In this document: piece by piece, positions 15,491-23,166 of the stretch | Position numbering within the stretch: the first letter of the stretch is position 1 | Layout: the number at the start of each line of letters is the position of its first letter | Assembly: GCF_001462395.1 (NCBI RefSeq) | Contig: NZ_LNTB01000001.1 | Span: 180,001 to 212,000 of the forward strand | Direction of reading: 5' to 3' | Length of the DNA: 32,000 bases | DNA from: Pyrodictium occultum | GTDB lineage: Archaea; Thermoproteota; Thermoprotei_A; Sulfolobales; Pyrodictiaceae | Program-made: the position numbers and the translations under genes | Notes under the pieces: model-generated | The model's input: only the letters and a program-made list of their open reading frames with translations | Database searches by the model: none | What the model was told of the DNA's origin: nothing

Positions 15491-15936
15491 CGCTGCCGGC
15501 CGAGCCTCCGGAGGCTGCAGGCCAGCGTCCTAGCGTAGAAGCCAGCCTTCGTGAACCCCGCCATCAGCGTGTGGACTCCCCCGCAGAGGGCGTAGACCCC
15601 AAGGGAGCCCCCGGCCAGCCAGGAGGCGGCGTCGAGAGCCTCGCGGACCCCGGCCCCCTCGTACACCCTCAGCCTCCACTCGCGGGGGCCGCCGCGCTCG
15701 CGGTAGGCCATCACGAGGAACCCGCCCCCTCTAAGCCCCCGGAGGGCCTCCAGGAGAACGTCAACCCTGCCACGCGGAACCACGGCTGCAAGCAGCAAGA
15801 GGGGATCCAGCCTCCCGCGCCCCTTCCCGGGCCGGCACCCCTCCTGGCCCGGAGTAAAAGCGCGTGAGGGCCGCGCGCCGGCGCAGGGGCATGGCTGGGT
15901 GCCCCGGCGGCGCCGGCAGCAGATACTACATATCAT
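15343..15936 (-). CDS. hypothetical protein with Cys-rich N-terminus (3' third probably out of frame)
   Basis: ATG 15936 sits directly downstream of an AT-rich TATA-containing stretch. The central part (VDVLLEALRGLRGGGFLVMAYRERGGPREWRLRVYEGAGVREALDAASW) is protein-like. The last ~50 aa are Arg-rich junk. Confidence 0.4.
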   Translation of the reverse strand: MICSICCRRRRGTQPCPCAGARPSRAFTPGQEGCRPGKGRGRLDPLLLLAAVVPRGRVDVLLEALRGLRGGGFLVMAYRERGGPREWRLRVYEGAGVREALDAASWLAGGSLGVYALCGGVHTLMAGFTKAGFYARTLACSLRRLGRQRWSRGLPRPRLGASRRRCSTPTLPAWPATERARRGWRLRSLRGPAAGPG

Positions 15937-16105
15937 ACCTTACACAGTTAACTATTAAGTCAACTTATTAAGAAATTTATGCTCTTGGATTCCCACGATA
16001 AATCAGGCAGGAAAGGGCGTCCATCGTGGAGGCCCCCTCCCCGAGCGGTGAGCGCTCCCGCGTAACCTAGTGATGCCCTGGAAACCAGTAATGGAAGACA
16101 CGGTT

Positions 16106-16476
16106 TCAATGGCGGGGGACATTGCTGGGCCGCACTGCGCAGTCAACTGGTAGCCAGGGGTTCTCGCCGGAGAGCCCGTGAGAGTTGAGAGTTTTCGGAG
16201 AGCTCGCGTGGGAGCACGGCATCGACCTAGGGAGCCCTGGGGCTCGAGGGTCGCTTCGAATATCCGTCCAGCGCCTGGCCACGGGCTCTAGTACTCCTTC
16301 CAGTATCGAGTTGATAAGCTGCAGCGAGAGGATGTACATGGTTGGGGGCAACTGCCCCTACACCCCCATAGCGCGTAGACACCCATCCTGGAGGGGGTGA
16401 TACTCTGCGTGCCAGCAGTGTGGCGGAGGCTGTGGGGGTACAAGGTGTACCGGCTAATAGAGCCATCGTATTCCAT
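16106..16476 (-). pseudogene. decayed C-terminal fragment of a tyrosine recombinase/integrase
   Basis: Minus strand reads RYTLYPHSLRHTAGT (box II H-x-L-R-H-T, 16417-16434). After a frame change it reads EYHPLQDGCLRAMGV-TAG(16358-16360)-GQLPPTMYILS, with a Tyr at the expected ~33-aa spacing. There is no N-terminal part; it needs one frameshift and one stop read-through. Confidence 0.4.
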
Positions 16477-16585
16477 GAGGGAGTTGCTCTATGACGCCTT
16501 ATAAGCCGGACATTGCAGTGTACTTCGGCGAGGCCATTAAGCTGCCCCGCCGCCCAGCGGCTGGGAGGACACGGCCCGAGAGGAG

Positions 16586-17140
16586 CTAGGAGGGGCCGGA
16601 GCCCCTCCGCCCCTCGGAGCCGTCGCCTCCCGTGCCCCCCGTCGCCCCGCCGCGGCGCCTAGAGGCCGCCGCACCCGCCGTGGCCAGCAAAGCCAGCCCG
16701 GGGGCCGGGCTGTGGAGCAGTGGTGTAGCCAGCAGCAGCAGGCCGGCGGCCAGGTAGAGGCCGCCGACGACCCGCCGGGAGCCGAGCACCCCGTAGCCGT
16801 GGACAAGGAGCCCCGCCGAGCCCAACAGCCAGGCGGCTACGAGCAGCATGGCGGCGGGGCCCAGGGGCTGGTCCGAGCCCGTGACGGCGCTTGCTAGCAC
16901 GAGCAGCCCGGCGGCCGCCCCCAGGAACCCGGCCAGCCCGGCGGCGAAGGCGCCGAGGCCGGGCAGCTCACCCCTCCCAGCTAAGGAGGTGAACCCCAGC
17001 CCCGCCATCAGCGCTCTAGCGATGCCGGCGGCGAGCCCAGCCGCCCGGCTCGAGCCGCTCAGGCCCAGCATGAACCCGGCGGCCGCCATCAGGGCGGCCC
17101 CGAGGCTGAGTGCCGTCCCGCTCCACGCGCCCTTCTCCAC
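16586..17140 (-). CDS. Ala/Gly-rich polytopic membrane protein (hypothetical)
   Basis: Several hydrophobic segments. GTG start about 30 nt downstream of a strong TATA box, consistent with a leaderless mRNA. Confidence 0.55.
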   Translation of the reverse strand: MEKGAWSGTALSLGAALMAAAGFMLGLSGSSRAAGLAAGIARALMAGLGFTSLAGRGELPGLGAFAAGLAGFLGAAAGLLVLASAVTGSDQPLGPAAMLLVAAWLLGSAGLLVHGYGVLGSRRVVGGLYLAAGLLLLATPLLHSPAPGLALLATAGAAASRRRGGATGGTGGDGSEGRRGSGPS

Positions 17141-17165
17141 CGTTTCTCCCTAGATGTTCATCCCA

Positions 17166-17175
17166 ATTTTATATG
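17166..17175 (-). promoter_or_regulatory. TATA box (minus strand CATATAAAAT) for the 17140 membrane-protein gene
   Basis: Consensus-like TATA centred about 30 nt upstream of GTG 17140. Confidence 0.5.
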
Positions 17176-17208
17176 GGTTTATGTTCGCATCTAGGGAGTT
17201 CCACCTCG

Positions 17209-17236
17209 CCCATAACTCTTTCCTTAGAGTTATGGG
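17209..17236. repeat. perfect inverted repeat / hairpin (cccataactct-ttcctt-agagttatggg)
   Basis: Read directly: 11-bp stem and 6-nt loop, in a 338-nt intergenic region. Confidence 0.8.
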
Positions 17237-17478
17237 GTCATGGGTGGCTGTCGAGCCCAACGGCACGGGGCTCCCATCCAAGATCTTATGCCCTGAGGGG
17301 CTTGGAGCACTGCCCCCATCACCCCCCAGGGTTTTCAGGTATAACATTTAAACATCAACCAATATAAACTTTCCAACAACAATCAAAAACTATACTGCCC
17401 CCGAGGCACCGGGTGGCAGGCTTAGGACAGCGCCCTAGTGAGAATAGTCTTAGCCCGTAAACCAGCGGGCCCTAGGGC

Positions 17479-18915
17479 CTAGCGGCTCCTAATCCTCTCG
17501 AGCAGGGCGTAGAAGAAGCCTATGGTCCCGTGCCGGTGGGGCCACGCCCTCATGGTGCCTGGCAGCAGCGGGGAGGGGTCGTAGGGCCCCTGGAGCGGCA
17601 CGAGCCTGAACTCCTGGTGCCTCTCGAGGAACCATCTTATGTTCTCCTCGTTCTCCTCGGGTAGGAGGCTGCAGGTGGTGTAGAGGAGCCGGCCGCCCGG
17701 CTTCACCAGCCTGGCCGCTGCCTCCAGCATCTCCCTCTGAAGCTTCACTATCTCCCCTAGCCCTTCCTCCCGGATCCTCCACCGGAGCTCCGGGTTCTTA
17801 GCAATGGTGCCGGTGCTTGTACAGGGCGCGTCTAGGAGGACCCGGTCGGCTACCTCCCCGCCCAGCACCCGGGGCGCCTTGCGGGCATCCATCCTGAATA
17901 TCTTCACTATCGTTATGCCCATGCGGCGCAGGATCATCCTCATGCGCTCAATTCTCTTCTCGTCTATATCGAAAGCGTATATCCTGCCCCGGTTCCTCAT
18001 AAGCTCGGCCATGTGGCTCGTCTTGCCCCCGGGTGCCGCGGCCAGGTCGACCACAGTCATCCCGGGCTTAGGGTCTAGGATGAGCGAGGCTGCCGCGCTA
18101 GCCTCCTCCTGGATCACTATCTTCCCCTCCCTGTAGAGCCTGCTGCGGTCGAAGTCGTAGGGCCCCTTGAACTTCACCACGACGGGTACGCGCTCGCTTA
18201 CAATGGGGTCCTTGCCCTCCCTCCTAAGCTCCTCCACAACCTCCTCCACGGTGGCCTTCAGAGTGTTGACCCTGACGCTTATCAACGGCTTCTCGTTCAA
18301 CGCCTTGAACAGCTCCTCGGCCTCCCCGGGGCCCAGCAGCTGCCTCATCCTCCTTATGAACCAGGCTGGGAGGAGGTAGAGCCACTCCAGCGCCTCCTCG
18401 ACGCTGCGCGGCCGCGGCCGGTACTCGGCGAGGCGGTCGACAAGCCTCCAGTAGTACATGCCTACGTACGGGTGGGTCTTGGCGGAGAGGAAGTCCGCCA
18501 CGCTCCACTTGAGCCTGTTCAGCGTAGCCTTATCGGGCTGGTGGAAGAGCACTATGTCGGCGGCGACGCGGAGCGCTGCACGGAGCCACGGGTCGAGGAT
18601 GAGCGGCGACTCCACCCCGGTCAGCTCGGCGGCCACACGGTCCAAGAGCCCAATCCTCTTCATGGTATCATAGAATAGTGATGTGAGCAGCCTGTCCAGC
18701 CCGGTCCCGAGTATCCCGTGCCTCCGGAACACGATACGCTTGGCATGCTGGCTTGGCTTGAACTCCTCCGCCGCCTTAACCGTCTCGACTAGTATCCGGA
18801 GGCCCTTGGCCGGCACCGCCAGCTTCGGCTTCCCCCTCCTCTCGGCCTCCACAGCCTCCCATACACGCTTGGCAAGCCCCTCCAGCGCCCCGCCAGCGCT
18901 CTCCAAGGCCCTCAC
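17479..18915 (-). CDS. NOL1/NOP2/Sun-family RNA (cytosine-C5) methyltransferase with NusB-like N-terminal domain
   Basis: SAM motif VVDLAAAPGGKTSHMAEL, motif IV DRVLLDAPCTSTGT, motif VI LLYTTCSLLPEENE. 478 aa. GTG start. Confidence 0.9.
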   Translation of the reverse strand: MRALESAGGALEGLAKRVWEAVEAERRGKPKLAVPAKGLRILVETVKAAEEFKPSQHAKRIVFRRHGILGTGLDRLLTSLFYDTMKRIGLLDRVAAELTGVESPLILDPWLRAALRVAADIVLFHQPDKATLNRLKWSVADFLSAKTHPYVGMYYWRLVDRLAEYRPRPRSVEEALEWLYLLPAWFIRRMRQLLGPGEAEELFKALNEKPLISVRVNTLKATVEEVVEELRREGKDPIVSERVPVVVKFKGPYDFDRSRLYREGKIVIQEEASAAASLILDPKPGMTVVDLAAAPGGKTSHMAELMRNRGRIYAFDIDEKRIERMRMILRRMGITIVKIFRMDARKAPRVLGGEVADRVLLDAPCTSTGTIAKNPELRWRIREEGLGEIVKLQREMLEAAARLVKPGGRLLYTTCSLLPEENEENIRWFLERHQEFRLVPLQGPYDPSPLLPGTMRAWPHRHGTIGFFYALLERIRSR

Positions 18916-19043
18916 CCTCCACCACTACCCCCTGGCCCCCCGGCTCAGCGTACCCTCGGCGTCTGCCAGCTATTCTATCAAGCTAGCGCGGCCCCATGAC
19001 GGCGCAGCATCCGAGCAAACACAGGTTAAAAAGAATGGGAACA

Positions 19044-19053
19044 CATTTAAACT
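19044..19053 (+). promoter_or_regulatory. TATA-like box (catttaaact) upstream of paralog A
   Basis: Centred about 30 nt upstream of TTG 19081 / GTG 19084. Confidence 0.4.
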
Positions 19054-19080
19054 ACAGTACCCGGTAATTGAGGGAAATAC

Positions 19081-19645
19081 TTGGTGGGGGTCTTGGCGCA
19101 TCTTCTAGAGAACGTTGAGGCCGTGGCCCGCGGCCTCTCAGTCATGTGCAACAGGATCCTGGTTGAGAGTCTCCCGGCGGAGGCGGAGAACCTGCTAGGA
19201 GAGCAGGGATTCCTTTCTTGTAGCCAGGCTGCTCGAGCGCGGCGCTCGCGAGGGCTTCACAGCCTTCATGAAGGAGCTGGGCGTGAAGCCGGGCAGCATA
19301 GACGCCGACAGAATACTCGAGATATTCGTGAGGCCTGGGGGCCGGGAGCAGCGCCACCCCTACCAGGTGTTCACAAGCCTCAGCTGCAGCAGGGACCGCT
19401 GCATCCTGGAGGCCAGGGGCTGCCCCTACGCCGAGGAGGCTAGGAAGCATCCCAGCACAATGGCGGTGATCGTGGGCACTGTGGCCGGGGTGCTCGAGGC
19501 CCTCGGCTACCGTGTACGCTGGCTCGCGACGCCTTCAGCCCGGAGGCACGCCTGCTGGGAGAACCCTCCAGACCTCCTAGTCTACATGGAGCCCGTGGAG
19601 CCGCCGGCCTGCAGGCTCATAGTCGAGAAGAACCCCTGCAGCTAG
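19081..19645 (+). pseudogene. Cys-rich protein, paralog A of the 19801 gene, interrupted by a +1 frame break near 19210
   Basis: The frame of 19081 gives ...VMCNRILVESLPAEAENLLGEQG. The frame open from 19199 continues SFLVARLLERGAREGFTAFMKELGVKPGS...HPYQVF. Joined, they align collinearly with paralog B (...LVLEDLPGVIGNMVGERQGVALVGRMLQNSSRHGFQEFVKSLGLEPTG...HPFQVF). Confidence 0.55.
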
Positions 19646-19800
19646 CCCGTCTACAACATCGGATACTAGGATCCGACAGAATACTATAATTCATCCCATT
19701 ACTCTCCCACCTTCCCCCAGGATCTAGACACCCAGTCATCCACCCTCCACTCTTCCCTCAACCTAGCCTTGATCCTGAGCACCGCGTTGGTGACTGGTGG

Positions 19801-20421
19801 GTGGCTGGGGAGGGAGCGTTGGGCCAGGTGGAGGAGCGGGCCGCCGGATGGCTGCCGAGCCCGGAGGACCGGCGCGTGAAGGACGCCGTAATACGCAGCC
19901 TCCTGGCAATGCTTGAAAGGCTTGTGCTAGAAGACCTCCCCGGAGTAATAGGTAACATGGTCGGCGAGAGGCAGGGCGTGGCACTAGTTGGGCGGATGCT
20001 GCAGAACAGCAGCAGGCACGGCTTCCAGGAGTTCGTGAAGAGCCTGGGCCTCGAGCCCACCGGGGTAAGGATCGAACACTGGCTCAGCGTGTTCCTCGAG
20101 CCGGAGGGCGGGAACCTCCTCCACCCCTTCCAGGTATTCAGGAGCGTCGAGTGCGATTGGGACCAGTGTATGCTGCTCCTCTCTGAGGGCGAGCGCGCGG
20201 AGAGGATGGCAGGCTCCCTGACGCTCAGGGCAGCCCTTCTCGCGGCGATCGCGGGCGCCCTGGAGGCCCTCGGCCGCCGTGCCCAGTGGCTGGCGGACCC
20301 CTCTATGAAGAAGTACCTCTGCTCCCGCGTAAAGCCGGAGGTCGTGGTCTACTTCCGGGAGGATCCCAGGGGCGGCCGGCACTACGTTGTAGTGGAGAAA
20401 ATGAAGTGCGGCAGCGGCTAG
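19801..20421 (+). CDS. Cys-rich hypothetical protein, paralog B (possibly V4R-like)
   Basis: Intact 206-aa ORF, clearly similar to paralog A over its whole length. The C-terminal half (C..C...G..AG.LEALG....W......C.......vvEK..C) is reminiscent of V4R/COG1719 domains, but this is weak. Confidence 0.6.
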   Translation: MAGEGALGQVEERAAGWLPSPEDRRVKDAVIRSLLAMLERLVLEDLPGVIGNMVGERQGVALVGRMLQNSSRHGFQEFVKSLGLEPTGVRIEHWLSVFLEPEGGNLLHPFQVFRSVECDWDQCMLLLSEGERAERMAGSLTLRAALLAAIAGALEALGRRAQWLADPSMKKYLCSRVKPEVVVYFREDPRGGRHYVVVEKMKCGSG

Positions 20422-20493
20422 GGGCAGGCCCCCGCTCTGCTGGAGGGGTATCGGGGCTCCAAGGGCCCCGGAGCAGGCTGCTTGGGCGGGCCG

Positions 20494-21243
20494 TCAGCCC
20501 TCTAGCGGCTCTATGGGCTTCTCCACCCTCTCCAGCATAGCATACACGGTGTCCGCATCCACGCGTATCCCCAGTCTCTCCGCCTCCTCCGCTATCACCC
20601 TGGATGCCTCGCGCAGCGCCGCCTCCACGTCGCCCCTCTCCACGGCCCTCCTGAAGCCAGGGTCCTCCTCCACCCGGTAGTAGATCGGGACGCGGTCCTT
20701 GGCCCGCGGGATGAGTGTTTTAAGCACCGGCTTGACCCTCCACATCGCCTCGTAGAGGGCTTGGAGCCGCGCGTCGCTCTCCAGGCAGTCCCTTATCCTG
20801 TCCCTGGCGTGCCGCGCCGCCACCCCGGTGCGGCCCTCAGTTGTGACCGCGACGCGGAGCCCTCCTCCGTAGAGGTCCAGGGTATAGGGCACCACGATCT
20901 CCGTCCTCGCCGCGTCGGTAGCGTCGTTCACCCAGCGCCTTAGGCTCCTGGCCAGCCTCCACACAGTCTCGTTCACGCGGGGGTTGTCGGTGGCCACCAC
21001 GACTATGTCGGCCCACTCCACGTGGCCGCGAAGCCCCTCGGCATCGGATGCATCCATCCTAATAAGCTCCAGGCCCGGGTCGCTCCTGGCGCGGTCCTCG
21101 AGCTCGCCGCTAAACTGGAGCCCCACTACCCTCACTATGGCGCCCGCCCTGCGGAACCAGAGAGCCCTCCTGGTCCCGACGCCGCCGCCCCCGACGACTA
21201 GGACGCGGCGGCCGCTCATCTCGACCCATAGAGGGACGCGCAA
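20494..21243 (-). CDS. precorrin-2 dehydrogenase / sirohydrochlorin ferrochelatase (siroheme synthase N-terminal domain, SirC/Met8-like)
   Basis: PLWVEMSGRRVLVVGGGGVGTRRALWFRRAGAIVRVV is the typical Rossmann N-terminus. About 250 aa. TTG 21243 start (ATG 21219 is an alternative). Confidence 0.75.
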   Translation of the reverse strand: MRVPLWVEMSGRRVLVVGGGGVGTRRALWFRRAGAIVRVVGLQFSGELEDRARSDPGLELIRMDASDAEGLRGHVEWADIVVVATDNPRVNETVWRLARSLRRWVNDATDAARTEIVVPYTLDLYGGGLRVAVTTEGRTGVAARHARDRIRDCLESDARLQALYEAMWRVKPVLKTLIPRAKDRVPIYYRVEEDPGFRRAVERGDVEAALREASRVIAEEAERLGIRVDADTVYAMLERVEKPIEPLEG

Positions 21244-21254
21244 CCCGGCCCCTC

Positions 21255-21276
21255 AACCCCCTCCCCGGAGGGGGTT
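21255..21276. repeat. GC-rich inverted repeat (aaccccctcc cc ggagggggtt)
   Basis: Read directly: 10-nt complementary arms. It lies 12 nt upstream of the sirC-like TTG start and about 155 nt downstream of the 5S 3' end. Confidence 0.7.
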
Positions 21277-21430
21277 CTGCAAGCCCCCTAGAAACCTGGG
21301 GCAGGGCCGCGCCACGGGGCCTGCGTGCTGGGCAGCGATCTTGCCGCCGGTTCAACAAACTGTTTATCGGCGGGAGCCGGGCCCGAGCCCCCTTTCGGAC
21401 CCGGGAGGGGATGTGGAGTGAAGCGAGGAG

Positions 21431-21554
21431 AGGGGTCCCGGCTTGGGGGCGCTGCGGGGCCTCGCGGACCCCACAGCATCCCCCAGCGCGGCCGGCTTAA
21501 CTTCCGGGTTCGACATGAGTCCGGGTGTTGCCCGGCCGCTATGGCCGGGCCCCT
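21431..21554 (-). rRNA. 5S: 5S ribosomal RNA (stand-alone)
   Basis: Reverse complement: AGGGGCCCGGCCAUAGCGGCCGGGCAACACCCGGACUCAUGUCGAACCCGGAAGUUAAGCCGGCCGCGCUGGGGGAUGCUGUGGGGUCCGCGAGGCCCCGCAGCGCCCCCAAGCCGGGACCCCU. The core GGGCAACACCCGGACUCAU.UCGAACCCGGAAGUUAAGCC is almost identical to Sulfolobus 5S as I recall it. Helix I pairs with the same bulged A. Length is 124 nt. Confidence 0.92.
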
Positions 21555-21579
21555 GGGGGGCTTCGCGCGGGCGTGGCCG

Positions 21580-21590
21580 TATTCATTCTT
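21580..21590 (-). promoter_or_regulatory. TATA-like box (minus strand AAGAATGAATA) for 5S rRNA
   Basis: AT-rich element centred about 31 nt upstream of the inferred 5S 5' end. Confidence 0.4.
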
Positions 21591-21664
21591 ACGGCTTGCC
21601 AGGGAGTTCAGACATATTTTTAATTGGATGCCGTTTCTAATTCTAACTAGGTAATACTCCGGGG

Positions 21665-22567
21665 ATGGATGTGGGCGCCACAGGGGTGCTGGACGAGGAG
21701 GCCCGTAGGCTTGCCGAGAGGTTCTGCCGGGAGGAGATAACGGTCCACCATATCTACAGGTGGCTTGCCGAGAGGGACCTGGAGAGGAGGCAGCAGCTGC
21801 TGAGGCTGGCGGAGCAGGAGAGGAGACACTACATGTTCTGGAGCAGTATTCTGGGCCACGGGTGCAAGCCTTCTCGGGCCTCGCTGGGGTGGATCACTCT
21901 GGTCTACAGGATTCTCGGCCCCTCGTTCATGATTAGGCTGCTCGAGCGCGGCGAGAAGTCTACGATAGAGCATTACCGCCGTTTTGCGAACCGGTTGAGG
22001 GGCGAGGCTAGGGAGATTCTGGAGCAGATTATAAGGGAGGAAGAGGAGCATGAGAAGACCCTGTTGAGCGGCATAGAGGACCTGAGGGTGAAGTATATGG
22101 GCTATATAGCCCTGGGCCTCGCCGATGCTATTGTGGAGATCACCGGCGTGCACGCCGGCTTCCTGGGCGCGACCGCTAGCACGCTGATGGCGGGCATTGC
22201 GGGCCTCGTGGTAGGGTTCTCGGCGGCCCTCTCCATGGCGGGGGCGGCGTACCTGCAGGCGAAGCACGGCGGGGAGGAGAGGCCCTCGGCCAGCGCTCTC
22301 GTGACAGGGCTATCCTACATATTCTCGGTGGTGCTCCTGGCGCTCCCCTACTTCCTGACAGCCAGCATGGCCCTGGCGTTCGCGGCCTCGCTGGCGATGG
22401 CTATGCTGCTGAGCGGCGGCTTCACCTACTACAGCGCGGTGGTTGAGGATAAGCCGTTCCTCCGCGAGTTTGTCGAGAGCGCCGGCCTGCTGCTGGCAAC
22501 CGCGCTAGGGAGCTACGCGTTCGGCGACGCGCTGGGCAGGCTCGCCGGCGTGCATGTTAGCGGCTAG
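21665..22567 (+). CDS. VIT1/CCC1-family Fe/Mn transporter with N-terminal ferritin-like (rubrerythrin-like) domain
   Basis: Two E-x-x-H helices (LAEQERRHYMFW, REEEEHEKTLL) are followed by the VIT1 membrane core YIALGLADAIVEITGVHAGFLGA. AT-rich promoter at 21614-21647. Confidence 0.85.
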   Translation: MDVGATGVLDEEARRLAERFCREEITVHHIYRWLAERDLERRQQLLRLAEQERRHYMFWSSILGHGCKPSRASLGWITLVYRILGPSFMIRLLERGEKSTIEHYRRFANRLRGEAREILEQIIREEEEHEKTLLSGIEDLRVKYMGYIALGLADAIVEITGVHAGFLGATASTLMAGIAGLVVGFSAALSMAGAAYLQAKHGGEERPSASALVTGLSYIFSVVLLALPYFLTASMALAFAASLAMAMLLSGGFTYYSAVVEDKPFLREFVESAGLLLATALGSYAFGDALGRLAGVHVSG

Positions 22568-22591
22568 AGGCGCTCAGCCCGAGGCTGGGGC

Positions 22592-23158
22592 ATGGTTTTG
22601 GGCGGCCGGGAGCCTAGGCTCGATGAGAGGGAGCTGGGCAAGACCATCGAGATACTCTACAACGCGTTCCAGTCCCTTGAGGCCGTGGGGGGAAGCCTCT
22701 CCCCCTACGTGCCAACTCAGGAGTACATGGTGGAGCCTCTTCTCCGCATCCTGCACGCCATGGCTGTGGGGAGGCTCCGGGCCCGGGGCCTGGAGCGGCA
22801 GCCCATCTACTACGAGCCGGGTTGCGGCGCCGGCGGGGTGGCGTCCAAGGCGGCTGAGATGGGGTTCTACACGGTGTGCCTCGAGCTGGACGAGTACCTC
22901 GCGGCGGATGCTGCCAGGAGGCTCCGGGGCCTCCTGGCGGACACCGTGGTGGGCGACCTGTCGGTGTTTAGGCCCCGGAGGGTGGATGCCGTCTACGCCT
23001 ACCTCCTCCCCAGGGCGGTGCAGAGGCTCCTCGACACGCTCCGGGGGCTCCACGCGCCCCTCCTAAGCCTCGACTACCCCGCGGAGGGGGACAGGGGCTC
23101 GCTCCACGCGGCCAGGCTGGAGGTGAGGTCCAGGAGCGTCTACGTATACGAGCTCTAG
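22592..23158 (+). CDS. class I SAM-dependent methyltransferase-like protein
   Basis: Motif I IYYEPGCGAGGVASKAA and motif II acidic CLELDE. Substrate unknown. Confidence 0.55.
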   Translation: MVLGGREPRLDERELGKTIEILYNAFQSLEAVGGSLSPYVPTQEYMVEPLLRILHAMAVGRLRARGLERQPIYYEPGCGAGGVASKAAEMGFYTVCLELDEYLAADAARRLRGLLADTVVGDLSVFRPRRVDAVYAYLLPRAVQRLLDTLRGLHAPLLSLDYPAEGDRGSLHAARLEVRSRSVYVYEL

Positions 23159-23166
23159 CACGGGCT

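Noticed and set aside
16127-16200. tRNA-like start GGGCCGCACUGCGCAGUCAACUGGUAGCC
   Set aside because: There is no D-stem pairing, no anticodon arm and no GTTCRAATC T-loop downstream, so no cloverleaf can be drawn.
15990-16540. RNase P RNA or SRP (7S) RNA in the ORF-poor gap
   Set aside because: I looked on both strands for the conserved P4/CR-I GAGGAAAGUCC, the ACAGAA...GGCUUA elements, and the SRP helix-8 GGAAGGGAGCA-type motif. Only loose matches appeared (GGAAAGGGCGUCC; CCGGCUUAUAAGG in the wrong position and orientation). A recombinase remnant explains part of the region better.
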